Sequence record: NC_020204.1
DNA: 48,814 bases
Reading direction: 5' to 3' (one strand)
From: Klebsiella phage JD001
This document shows, piece by piece, positions 26,930-35,885 of this stretch; positions within the stretch are counted from its first letter, which is position 1; each line of letters begins with the position of its first letter. Below the pieces are notes generated by a model. The model worked only from the letters and a program-made list of their open reading frames with translations. It had not been told where the DNA came from and ran no database searches. The position numbers and the translations under genes were made by a program.

Positions 26930-27106
26930 TTAATCCCTCTTCCAGATGGTTTGTTCCACAACTTTACCTTCAACAATGAGACGAGTGACACACAGTCCGT
27001 CCCGGTCAGCCTGTGCACGCATACGTGACAGTGTGTTCAGCGCCTGAACCTCGGTCATATTACCCAGCAGGTCAGACAGTTTGTGATGACTGATAATGTT
27101 TTTCAT
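26930..27106 (-). CDS. small hypothetical protein (58 aa)
   Basis: RBS GAGAGGAA; first gene after the 27156 promoter. Confidence 0.3.
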   Translation of the reverse strand: MKNIISHHKLSDLLGNMTEVQALNTLSRMRAQADRDGLCVTRLIVEGKVVEQTIWKRD

Positions 27107-27141
27107 TTGGTTATTCCTCTCTGTTGTTGTTCCGATGAGTT

Positions 27142-27171
27142 AAAGATAACCCACCTTGACGGACTCGTCAA
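27142..27171 (-). promoter_or_regulatory. early promoter (minus orientation): TTGACGGACTCGTCAA palindrome, 17-nt spacer, TATCTT
   Basis: read on the reverse complement; the spacer GGTGGGT is identical to the 4781 promoter. Confidence 0.45.
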
Positions 27172-27180
27172 CACTATTCG

Positions 27181-27202
27181 CAAAAAAAGCCCCGAAGGGC
27201 TT
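27181..27202 (-). terminator. rho-independent terminator of the primase-helicase gene
   Basis: AAGCCC-CGAA-GGGCTT hairpin overlapping the stop codon, followed by TTTTTTTG on the minus strand. Confidence 0.6.
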
Positions 27203-29558
27203 ATTTAGTTTCCACAAAGGCTAACGCACTTGTATCACCCTGTGCCGCTGCATAATGACGTGCCACGTCCGCCGCATTTGTGAGGTTGGCGTGAATGTGT
27301 CCAATCTTGATATACAGCCGTGGTTTACCACCATCAATCATTATCACATTGTTCACACGCCCATCTTTAAGCGCCGGGTGCCAGTCGTAACCCAGTTGAC
27401 GCATCATGTCACGACGTTTACCTACTGGTACGGCTCTGTCAGCACGCATCTGACGCAACAGGTTGTCCAGTGCCTTACTGCTCACCCAACCACCTGCAAA
27501 GCCCTGCCGACCCTCGTCAATTGCTTCCATGATTTCCTGCTCAACACTACCGAGTGATGCTGTCACAGCCTCGTGGGTACTACTGGTCTCTGGTGCACGC
27601 TGACAATGTGTCGCCGGGTTAAATTGTGCGGGAATATCGTAGTTCTCCAGATAATGCGTTACTGCTGCGAATCCACCACCACGTTTGAGCCAGTCGTACA
27701 GGTTGGGGAAGTAGTCACCACCCATACCATCACGCACGATATCGATATGCTCCTGCTGCGCGGTGTAAAAGATGGCAAAGCGGCGGTCATTAGCCGTCTT
27801 GCGCACGGCGTTCTTGTGGTTACTGTTAAACATGAAGTTAGCACACAGGCGGTGCATTACCTGGTCCTGCTGCATTGCACGTTTAGCGAGGTACTCGCCG
27901 GTAATCATCGGCTTGAGTGTTTCAATCAGTTCAAGTTTCTGCTCCGGAACGTAAATATCTTCCACGCCGATAAATATTTTATCGAACAGCCACGCGTTGA
28001 ACTTCTCGCCAATTTCCTGCGCTGGCGGCATGTGGCTGTAACGTGAACCGACCGCTTCCATTACGCATAGTGTGAACAGTGTTTTGCCGTTACCTTCAAC
28101 ACCCTGCAGCAATGGCGCCCACTTGAACTTGGTCCCTTTGTACTGCACACACGCTGCCATGTAGGACAGCAGGATGTCTCGGTCACGCTCGACGGGTAAA
28201 AGTTTGGTCAGATGAGTGAGGAAAGGTGTCACATCGCCCGGGACGCTCGCCACTGTCACCGGTACGTATGCATTGACATGACGCAGACCGTCTTCTTCGA
28301 TAATGGCACCCTGCGGCAGGTCCGGACGAAATGTTGAGCGGTCAACTTTCGGGAACATGATGCACTGGTTCTCGGTGAACGCTTCAAAAGCCTTTTTGGT
28401 GGTCTTCTCATTGCCGTCATCCAGCGCAAACACATAACCTCCGTACATTGCATTAAACTGCTCAGATTTCAGCATCTGACCGTTAGGCGTGAGAATACGG
28501 TGACTGTCTGCCACATACACGCAACCTTTGAAGTGGTCAATAAGCTGCGAGCCGCCAATAAACTGATAGCCACTGCGGATAACCGGCGCACCCGTCTCAA
28601 TGACCTGAGCAGGAGTTATCAGTTCAATCGGTGCGCCGACACTGTAATAGGTGGTCTGACGTGCGCAAGCGCCCAGAATGGTACGCCGCATGTACGACTT
28701 GTGACTATCCCATTTAGGGCGTGCCAGCGCAGACAGACGCATCAGGCGTTCGATACGTTCACAGTTGCCACCGGTCCAGAACGTCAGATGCTGGGCTAAT
28801 GCGGCATCAGCGCTTGACCCGTCATACTCGCGGTCCTCATCCGGATACGCATCACTTAGTACCTCGACGTTACGCGTCCACAGGTCTTTGAATGTTGCTT
28901 TACCGCCGAAAATAGCCGCGACACCGCCTTTACTTGAACAGGCTTTTTCGATGAGTTTCGCATCATCCTCAATCGGGCATGAACCTTCAGCGTGAGTTGT
29001 TGACCACTCCACCGCTGCAGCTTGTTCGGTCTGCGGGAAATAACGTGCAACAGTGGTGTTGAGCGGTGCGGATGCGTTAAACATCATGTCACCCTGCGCG
29101 CTGCTTCCCAGGCAGATAAAACGGTCAGAGGTATACAGCTCGATGTGCAGCGGGATATTTTTACAGGCGTGCTCGGGGATGGACGGGCTATAACCAAAAA
29201 TGTGCAAGCCTTTACCGCTGTTGCTTACTTCCACGTAACAACCGGCAAAAGTGGTGCATAACTCCAGTGCAAGCGGCGACCAGGTGTTATCGTTCTGTAG
29301 TGCTCCGTCGATATCCACGCAGAAACGTCCGTCACCAGTGAGAATAACCGCGGGACGATATGACTCACCCAGTGCGGAAGCCGTCGCAACCGCCTGAGCG
29401 TGAGACATCCGGTCCGCAACGTGCAGACTGACTACTTCGCCAGCAGCATTACACGGCATCTTCTCCGTGCGCCCCGGCTTCTTCTGTGAAGGTACTGTTT
29501 TGCAGACGATAAAGTGCAGGGAATCGGCCCCCTGCACAGGGGGATTCACATGTGTCAT
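27201..29558 (-). CDS. DNA primase-polymerase/D5-type (SF3) helicase fusion
   Basis: N-terminal prim-pol signature ...SNSGKGLHIFGY...; C-terminal P-loop LLQGVEGNGKTLF of the P4/D5 primase-helicase C-terminal domain. Confidence 0.8.
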   Translation of the reverse strand: MTHVNPPVQGADSLHFIVCKTVPSQKKPGRTEKMPCNAAGEVVSLHVADRMSHAQAVATASALGESYRPAVILTGDGRFCVDIDGALQNDNTWSPLALELCTTFAGCYVEVSNSGKGLHIFGYSPSIPEHACKNIPLHIELYTSDRFICLGSSAQGDMMFNASAPLNTTVARYFPQTEQAAAVEWSTTHAEGSCPIEDDAKLIEKACSSKGGVAAIFGGKATFKDLWTRNVEVLSDAYPDEDREYDGSSADAALAQHLTFWTGGNCERIERLMRLSALARPKWDSHKSYMRRTILGACARQTTYYSVGAPIELITPAQVIETGAPVIRSGYQFIGGSQLIDHFKGCVYVADSHRILTPNGQMLKSEQFNAMYGGYVFALDDGNEKTTKKAFEAFTENQCIMFPKVDRSTFRPDLPQGAIIEEDGLRHVNAYVPVTVASVPGDVTPFLTHLTKLLPVERDRDILLSYMAACVQYKGTKFKWAPLLQGVEGNGKTLFTLCVMEAVGSRYSHMPPAQEIGEKFNAWLFDKIFIGVEDIYVPEQKLELIETLKPMITGEYLAKRAMQQDQVMHRLCANFMFNSNHKNAVRKTANDRRFAIFYTAQQEHIDIVRDGMGGDYFPNLYDWLKRGGGFAAVTHYLENYDIPAQFNPATHCQRAPETSSTHEAVTASLGSVEQEIMEAIDEGRQGFAGGWVSSKALDNLLRQMRADRAVPVGKRRDMMRQLGYDWHPALKDGRVNNVIMIDGGKPRLYIKIGHIHANLTNAADVARHYAAAQGDTSALAFVETK

Positions 29559-29580
29559 CTCTGTCTCTCCGTTTTAGTTG

Positions 29581-29898
29581 TTAAAGCAGGGTGGTCAGCG
29601 CGCGGGCGCGTAGCTCCAGTGGCGCGGATTTGGCAACGCTATCACCCAGCGCCATCCCCTGTCCAATCAATTCGAGGTTTTCTTCTTCTACTGCTCGTTG
29701 CATCACTGCTTCACGAAGTGCGGACATCTTAACCCAGTGATGGTTGACGCTTCCCATAGCCACACCGGCTTCAGCCGCAACACCATCGCGGGTAAGAGTG
29801 CCAAAGCCGTCGCGCTGTGCCATCGTGTAAGCTACTTCTAAAATGTATTCTTTCCTCATGAGTTCGGTTCCATTAGGTAATTTATTGCAGTATGGCAC
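29581..29898 (-). CDS. small TetR-family-like HTH regulator
   Basis: ...ILEVAYTMAQRDGFGTLTRDGVAAEAGVAMGSVNHHW... matches the TetR N-terminal HTH signature; only ~92 aa if started at the Met at 29859. Confidence 0.45.
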   Translation of the reverse strand: MPYCNKLPNGTELMRKEYILEVAYTMAQRDGFGTLTRDGVAAEAGVAMGSVNHHWVKMSALREAVMQRAVEEENLELIGQGMALGDSVAKSAPLELRARALTTLL

Positions 29899-29913
29899 AG
29901 GTTGACGGGGTGG

Positions 29914-30198
29914 TCAATCCCTTACCCTGTCGTTCAGCATCTGTTGGAGTTTTTTGGATGCCAGCACAATTACGTCCGCATTGTACAATTCTTGTCTTTC
30001 GTAAGCCAAAAGGTTAGCTCCTTGACTGGTTGAGACACCCGTGCAGAATCGCTTACTGAAAATACGTATCAATTCGACCAGTTGTTTCTCTCCGCCGGAT
30101 TGTAAAATTAACTCGACGAGTGTTTCGTACTGCCCGTTGTGTTTTTCAGCGGAACTACTTTCTACACCACATAGGTTACATCTGCACATACCCATCAC
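29914..30198 (-). CDS. hypothetical protein with N-terminal CxxC pair
   Basis: 94-aa ORF, ATGA-coupled. Confidence 0.35.
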   Translation of the reverse strand: MMGMCRCNLCGVESSSAEKHNGQYETLVELILQSGGEKQLVELIRIFSKRFCTGVSTSQGANLLAYERQELYNADVIVLASKKLQQMLNDRVRD

Positions 30199-30665
30199 AA
30201 CTCCCCCTCACCATTCCAGAATTTAAAGTCCCCGCCCAGCCCGATAATGAGTGTCCCAAATGCGAGCTGTGCCTTTTCGTGTTCCGTACCTTTATACTTC
30301 CACCCGGCTTTTTTCACCTCACGCGCCACAAACTGTCCAATGGTTGACCCGACCATATCAGACGTGATAACCACGGGGCGGATGCCAATGAGGTCGCTCG
30401 ACTTGATACGTTTGTTCATCGCCGGGGAATCATTGCAGATGCCGTACCGCACTGGTACACCCCGCTCATCTTTCAGTACCCCGACATTATTGCGAAAAAG
30501 TCGCCAGCCCATCTTACTTGCCAGCAGCCGCGCCTCATCCTGTACGCGCGCTTCGGGTGTATCTTTGGTTGAGCGTGGGGCATCCAATCCCACCATCGTC
30601 ACAAGGTCAGCCAATGCCTCCCCTGTGATACTGTGTTTACGTTGCCATTCGAGAAGGTTGTTCAT
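30195..30665 (-). CDS. VRR-NUC domain nuclease
   Basis: ...LFRNNVGVLKDERGVPVRYGI...SDLIGIRPVVI...QFVAREVKK... PD-(D/E)XK pattern of VRR-NUC. Confidence 0.55.
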   Translation of the reverse strand: MNNLLEWQRKHSITGEALADLVTMVGLDAPRSTKDTPEARVQDEARLLASKMGWRLFRNNVGVLKDERGVPVRYGICNDSPAMNKRIKSSDLIGIRPVVITSDMVGSTIGQFVAREVKKAGWKYKGTEHEKAQLAFGTLIIGLGGDFKFWNGEGEL

Positions 30666-30696
30666 GATACACTCCTAATTCATTCACATCGGGAAC

Positions 30697-30725
30697 ATGT
30701 TAGTGCGTTTTGACGAGTCCGTCAA
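30697..30725 (-). promoter_or_regulatory. early promoter (minus orientation): TTGACGGACTCGTCAA palindrome, 17-nt spacer, TAACAT
   Basis: read on the reverse complement; drives the 30665 start; overlaps the 3' end of the helicase gene. Confidence 0.45.
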
Positions 30726-33396
30726 CGTCATTTTGTATTTTTTCCATAAGTGTTAGTGCATCATCTTTTTTCAGGCCTTGTGCACTCAACCAGTCGACGT
30801 GATAAGTCAGGAAAAATTTACGAAATATTTCTTTGTCGCTCATGCCGTCGTGTCGCCAGTAACCGGCAATAGTCGCCATCAGACCATCCAGTCGTCCCAG
30901 CACTTCCAGGCGCTCACTTTGACGCTTGACATTAGCCATCACTCCAGCGGGTGGTACATTCATCGCCGTCAGCCTGTTGCGCATTGCCTCGGGTGTCTCA
31001 CGTGCTCCCACAACCTCATTGCGCATCTGTGCCAGTACATCCGGGTCAAGCTCGTACAGGTCGCCGTCCACCTGCATCGGGCCGGAGCGGTCTGCCGGTT
31101 TAGGTACAGGCTCGCCGCAGTCCGGACATGCGTCGAGGAACCGCTCATACACTGCCGCACAAGCTGTACACACGCGCACCGTCGATGGTTCACTTTTACC
31201 CGTGCGACGCTCCCGGCGGTCAAGACTCCACTCACGCGGTGCATCCGGTAAACCGTGGCGCATAACGTTGCCCACATGATCAATAATAATCGCGTGGGTT
31301 TTGCCTGGTAACGGTCTGAGGGCGCGACCAAACATTTGACTGTACATACTGTACGATTCGGTTGGACGACCAAATGAAACAACCTCAATACCGGGGCAAT
31401 CAAAACCCTCAGTCAGAATTTCCGAGTTAACTAACTGTAATATCTCTTTATTTTTAAATTTTCGCACTGCTGCGAATCGTTCAAGGTCAGGAGTGTTACA
31501 GCTTATTGCCGCTGCCGGCACACCTGCTTTATTATATTGTTCCGCGATTTCCTCAGCACTCGCCACGTCGACGGTGAATGTCACGCCTGATTTACCACGG
31601 GCAATTTTCAGATATTGAGCAACAACATCACCAGTGATGGTTTTCTCATCGTGTGCCACCAGTGATGAACCGTTAACGACTTCGCGCATCTGGTTCAGGT
31701 TAAAATCCCCCGTGGACTCACTCACTTTAATTTGTTCACGTGAGAAACTACTCGGAGGTGCGAAGATTTTATAATCGGTCAGATACCCATCTCGTATGAG
31801 TTCCCCCATTGCCACGCCTTCGAACATTGTGTCAAACACGCCATCCGCGTGACTCCCCAGACCGTTACCATCCGCACGACACGGTGTAGCTGTAACCCCC
31901 AGCCCGCGAGCATTGGGAAACATCTGTACAGCCTTACCCCATTTGTTATCTTTAAGTACATGGTGCGCCTCATCGATGACCCACAGACGAACAGACGGTA
32001 ACCAGTTAGCAAGTTGCTCACCGCGCCGGATAATTGTATCCACACTGGCAACCGCGTGTTTACTTCCAGCGTCGTAAAATGTCTTACCCAGTTCGTCCAT
32101 GTGAATCTTCACGCAGTTTTTCACGGTTTTATTCGAACCGACAATACGGTGATAGATACCGTTTTTGGCAAGCGTGAGACTCATCTGGCTGACAAGTTCC
32201 TGGCGGTGCGCAATAGCACATGTCGCACCTTGTTCAGCAGCGATGATAGATGAGAAAATTACCGTGTTATGCGTAACAGTGAAATCACCCAACATGAACA
32301 ATCTGTCACCATCTATTTCAAATCCGTAGTAATCGTCCACTTCAAGTGGTTCGACTTTAATTCCAGTGACTAAAACAGATTTCTTCTGTTTCCTTTCCAC
32401 GACATTGTCTTTGTGTCGATTGCGCACGAATGGTAAACCAGAGAAATCACCGCTAATGGTCATGCGCCAGTAATCACCAGTAAACCCGTTTTGACAGCTT
32501 TTTTTACATGGTTTCATGTAACAAGCAAACCCCAGCGAGCGAGCGATAAAAGTCAAATCATCTGCGAGCTGTTTGACTTTCAGAGTCACCTCGAAATAAC
32601 CGTTCGACAAGTAACCGTCACTATCAAGTAACCCCGCGAGAACTTGTTCTCGAACCCGACGAGAAGTGGTTTTATAAACCTCAGGGATATGTTTATTGAG
32701 ATACAAATTGTATTTTCTTAACGCTGAAAGCATTGACCCCGTGTGCTTACCGTCTTTCGGCAAGAAATATGTCTGAGCTTTATTGTCCGGTCGATTCCTG
32801 AATTCTCTCACCCGGTGACCAGTTTCATTAGCGTAATTGTAGATGTATTCGACTATTTCACTGTCTGCAGTCGTTATCGCAGCCCCATTCGAATTGCCAT
32901 CACCTAACCACAATCCCAGTAAATACGGAGGTAGAATTGGGTCAAAATCTTTCTCATCCCAATCGACAGCGGCACGCCAACCCTTGTAAAGGTGTTTCCA
33001 GTGTTTTGATTTATTCAAATAGTCACGTACTGAAATGTTTTCTATCTCCCCGACCTTATCGTCACGCCCTGTGTTCGTGCGCTTGAGACTGAGAATATGA
33101 CTCTCATTAACTACATACGGGTCACCCTTGACGGGTGTTACTTTGTACATTTGTTCACGGCCTCTCGCCAAAGAAAGTACCCGGCGAGGCTTACTGTCAG
33201 GCCCCATTAAAGTGTCGCCCACGATTATATTTTCCACGGGGGTTATCGTCCCATCGTACATTAGCACAGGTGTCCCCTTACCCAGACATTTGCCCCCACC
33301 AGTGGCGAGTACCGCAAGTGCCTTACCGGTCGGATGTGCTGAGTGGTATTCGTTCAGTTTATCTACTATCGATTGTTGATACGGTCGTAACTGCAT
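30700..33396 (-). CDS. SF2 (DEAH-box) DNA helicase interrupted by an intein
   Basis: LRPYQ...ATGGGK|C...HN|TVIF: Walker A GGGKT reconstituted on intein removal; motif II VIDEAHH; motif III GVTATP. Confidence 0.8.
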   Translation of the reverse strand: MQLRPYQQSIVDKLNEYHSAHPTGKALAVLATGGGKCLGKGTPVLMYDGTITPVENIIVGDTLMGPDSKPRRVLSLARGREQMYKVTPVKGDPYVVNESHILSLKRTNTGRDDKVGEIENISVRDYLNKSKHWKHLYKGWRAAVDWDEKDFDPILPPYLLGLWLGDGNSNGAAITTADSEIVEYIYNYANETGHRVREFRNRPDNKAQTYFLPKDGKHTGSMLSALRKYNLYLNKHIPEVYKTTSRRVREQVLAGLLDSDGYLSNGYFEVTLKVKQLADDLTFIARSLGFACYMKPCKKSCQNGFTGDYWRMTISGDFSGLPFVRNRHKDNVVERKQKKSVLVTGIKVEPLEVDDYYGFEIDGDRLFMLGDFTVTHNTVIFSSIIAAEQGATCAIAHRQELVSQMSLTLAKNGIYHRIVGSNKTVKNCVKIHMDELGKTFYDAGSKHAVASVDTIIRRGEQLANWLPSVRLWVIDEAHHVLKDNKWGKAVQMFPNARGLGVTATPCRADGNGLGSHADGVFDTMFEGVAMGELIRDGYLTDYKIFAPPSSFSREQIKVSESTGDFNLNQMREVVNGSSLVAHDEKTITGDVVAQYLKIARGKSGVTFTVDVASAEEIAEQYNKAGVPAAAISCNTPDLERFAAVRKFKNKEILQLVNSEILTEGFDCPGIEVVSFGRPTESYSMYSQMFGRALRPLPGKTHAIIIDHVGNVMRHGLPDAPREWSLDRRERRTGKSEPSTVRVCTACAAVYERFLDACPDCGEPVPKPADRSGPMQVDGDLYELDPDVLAQMRNEVVGARETPEAMRNRLTAMNVPPAGVMANVKRQSERLEVLGRLDGLMATIAGYWRHDGMSDKEIFRKFFLTYHVDWLSAQGLKKDDALTLMEKIQNDVDGLVKTH
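32266..33288 (-). other. intein (341 aa) with LAGLIDADG homing endonuclease domain
   Basis: starts with Cys directly after GGGK, ends ...TVTHN followed by Thr; two LAGLIDADG motifs (LLGLWLGDGN and LAGLLDSDGYL). Confidence 0.75.
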
Positions 33397-33473
33397 GATG
33401 CTTTCCTCACCCTGTTGTAATAGTCGATTACATTACCTGACCCAGTTGATGGTTGTCAAATTTAAAATTAGTG

Positions 33474-33502
33474 TTGACGGCTGCGTCATGGTGGTATAGA
33501 GT
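33474..33502 (+). promoter_or_regulatory. early promoter: TTGACGGCTGCGTCA palindrome, 17-nt spacer, TAGAGT
   Basis: read directly; upstream of the 33537 start. Confidence 0.5.
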
Positions 33503-33536
33503 TCACCACATCGACAACAACGGAGGACAGAGAGAC

Positions 33537-34430
33537 ATGAGTAATATCACATTAACCATCCCGAACGACGACCACATTGCGCTGCGTGCGTTCGGTAAAG
33601 CACTGGAAGAAATGGCACTCGCGCATGGTGCTGAGCCACGCAAGACCGTCGGTGAACTGTCGTATAAATTGAACATTGACACGAGCGCAGCGACTGCTGC
33701 GCTGGAGCGTCTCAATGCTGCCACTGGCGAATTAATGCAAGCCGCGCCGCAAATGATGGGTGAGGCAGAAATTGACACCACCGCTCAACAGGTTGAGTCG
33801 CTGGCTGCGCCAATGGTGGACGATGAAGAGCAAACGCCACCCACCACCGACTCAACCGGTACACCGTGGGACGAGCGTATCCACTCCGCCAGCAAAGCGC
33901 TCAATGCGGACGGTACGTGGCGTCTGCGTCGTAAGCCGAAGGATATGGATGAGGAGCAGTGGGTGGCATTTGTTGAGACGGTTAAACTGGAACTGAACCA
34001 CGGTGAAGAAATCCGTGAAGCAATGGATAAAGCTGAACGTGGCGAAGCTGTTTATTATACCAGTGAAGAAGCTGAACAGAAGATGGACGAATTTAAAGAG
34101 TCTGTGCGTCAAAGCATCGAACCACCTGTAACACCGCCGGGCGATGATTTCCACACCGATGCAGACGTGGTAACCGAGCAAACTGTTGTAGGTATTCCAC
34201 CACTGCCTGTACCACCACCGGTAGTTGTTGCGCCACCTGTACCGGAAGTGGTGGAGTGGGACTTCCCGCGCCTCATGACCTTCCTGACCGAGCGTCACGG
34301 CAAGATTGATGTGGCAACGGTGAACACGCTGCTGGCGCAGGATGGTATGTCGTCGGTGCAGGAACTGAACGCCCACCCGGATAAAATCGGTCCGTTCGTG
34401 GCACGTGTTAAAGCGCATTTGGGGGAGTAA
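33537..34430 (+). CDS. acidic, proline-rich hypothetical protein carrying the GTPWDERIH motif
   Basis: 297 aa from the ATG with RBS GGAGGACAGAGAG; PVPPPVVVAPPVP linker; GTPWDERIH at 33858..33884. Confidence 0.45.
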   Translation: MSNITLTIPNDDHIALRAFGKALEEMALAHGAEPRKTVGELSYKLNIDTSAATAALERLNAATGELMQAAPQMMGEAEIDTTAQQVESLAAPMVDDEEQTPPTTDSTGTPWDERIHSASKALNADGTWRLRRKPKDMDEEQWVAFVETVKLELNHGEEIREAMDKAERGEAVYYTSEEAEQKMDEFKESVRQSIEPPVTPPGDDFHTDADVVTEQTVVGIPPLPVPPPVVVAPPVPEVVEWDFPRLMTFLTERHGKIDVATVNTLLAQDGMSSVQELNAHPDKIGPFVARVKAHLGE

Positions 34431-34436
34431 TAAAAT

Positions 34437-34682
34437 ATGTCTGACAAAGTAATCGCGTATATGACGTCTGACAGAAAAATGTTGATTTTCGCAGACTCAC
34501 CAAACATGTTGAACGCTGATAAAACTGGACTTATACCATTATTTGAAGATAACACCCTGTCATGTGACCGTGCATACGTTGCTGGTCTCAAGAATGGTTA
34601 TGGTCTGGGTCAGTATGACAACGAGTCTGAGTTTCAGGAAACTGTCGAACGTTATCAAAAGCATATGAGGGAATATGACTAA
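34437..34682 (+). CDS. hypothetical protein
   Basis: 81-aa ORF. Confidence 0.35.
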   Translation: MSDKVIAYMTSDRKMLIFADSPNMLNADKTGLIPLFEDNTLSCDRAYVAGLKNGYGLGQYDNESEFQETVERYQKHMREYD

Positions 34683-35799
34683 TTTACCCAAAGTATCCGA
34701 TGCTTCCATGTGGATGTCCTGTAACGGGTCATTCCGGGCGCAACAGGCTTATCCACCACTGGACGTTGAACCGTCGCAGTCACGTCTCGAAGGGCGTGCT
34801 GCACACGAAGTGGCTCAGAAGTTATTCAAAAATGAGCCATTCAGTGACCTGGTGGGCAGTCTGTCAAAGGATGGAATTGTCATCACGGATGAACTGTTTG
34901 ACGCTGCCCGTGAGTATTTTAACGAGGTGTGGGGCTTCTGTAACACGCATGGGCGACTGCACGACCTTCACGTTGAGGAAGTGTGTCCTGTGCCGGGTTA
35001 CGGCGACTGGTACTGCATTCCCGATGCGTGGGTGTATGTACCGGAAGGGAAGGTGTTACGCGTCTGGGATGCTAAATTCGGTCATCGCATTGTTGACCCG
35101 TTTGAAAATTGGCAGTTGTTGATCGAAGCATTCAGTATCTGTGAACAATTCCAGACACCGCCGGACATTATCGAACTGGTCATCGTGCAGCCTCGCGGAT
35201 TCACCAGTGACGGTACGGTGCGCAAATGGGCGCTCACATATGATGAATTGTGTGCATACCGGCAGCAGGTGAACGAGACGATGTCCCGCGTACTGGATGT
35301 CACGCCGATGTGTACACCCGGACCACATTGTCTCGATTGTAGCGCGCGTGCACACTGTGACACGCTGAAGCAACAGAGTTATGTCGGTATCGATTACGTA
35401 CAGTCGTTACAGACGCACAACCTGTCCGGTCATGCACTGGGTGTTGAATTGCGACTCCTGCAACGGGCGCAGGAGATGATTAAAATGCGCCTCAGTGGTC
35501 TGGAGGAACAAGCGCTGCACGAGATTAAACAGGGGCAACACGTGACGTTCTACAGTGCTAAAACCACGTACGGTCGTAAGCGCTGGAAGAAAGATGTTCC
35601 GGTGGACCAGGTAATTATGATGGGGGATTTACTCGGTCAGAATTTGCGTAAGCCGCAGGAACTGGACACACCCGCACAGTGTGTGAAAAAAGGTATCGAC
35701 CCGTCCGTTATTGAACAGTACGCCGAAACACCCGTCACGGGTGTCAAGCTGGAACAGGTCGATGAACGTGCAATTAAAAATGTGTTTTCCCGAAAATAG
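34675..35799 (+). CDS. PD-(D/E)XK nuclease with C-terminal Cys cluster (Cas4/RecB-like)
   Basis: ...CIPDAWVYVPEGKVLRVWDAKFG... nuclease core; four C-terminal Cys (CTPGPHCLDCSARAHC). Confidence 0.5.
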   Translation: MTNLPKVSDASMWMSCNGSFRAQQAYPPLDVEPSQSRLEGRAAHEVAQKLFKNEPFSDLVGSLSKDGIVITDELFDAAREYFNEVWGFCNTHGRLHDLHVEEVCPVPGYGDWYCIPDAWVYVPEGKVLRVWDAKFGHRIVDPFENWQLLIEAFSICEQFQTPPDIIELVIVQPRGFTSDGTVRKWALTYDELCAYRQQVNETMSRVLDVTPMCTPGPHCLDCSARAHCDTLKQQSYVGIDYVQSLQTHNLSGHALGVELRLLQRAQEMIKMRLSGLEEQALHEIKQGQHVTFYSAKTTYGRKRWKKDVPVDQVIMMGDLLGQNLRKPQELDTPAQCVKKGIDPSVIEQYAETPVTGVKLEQVDERAIKNVFSRK

Positions 35800-35802
35800 T
35801 TG

Positions 35803-35831
35803 TTGACGTACCCGTCAAACTAACGTAGTAT
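35803..35831 (+). promoter_or_regulatory. early promoter: TTGACGTACCCGTCAA palindrome, 17-nt spacer, TAGTAT
   Basis: read directly; followed by a 7-bp stem hairpin GGGAGAC-AGAGG-GTCTCCC (35842..35860) in the 5' UTR. Confidence 0.5.
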
Positions 35832-35885
35832 TCAAATCACCGGGAGACAGAGGGTCTCCCACACTTAGCAGAGAGGATTTACAAG

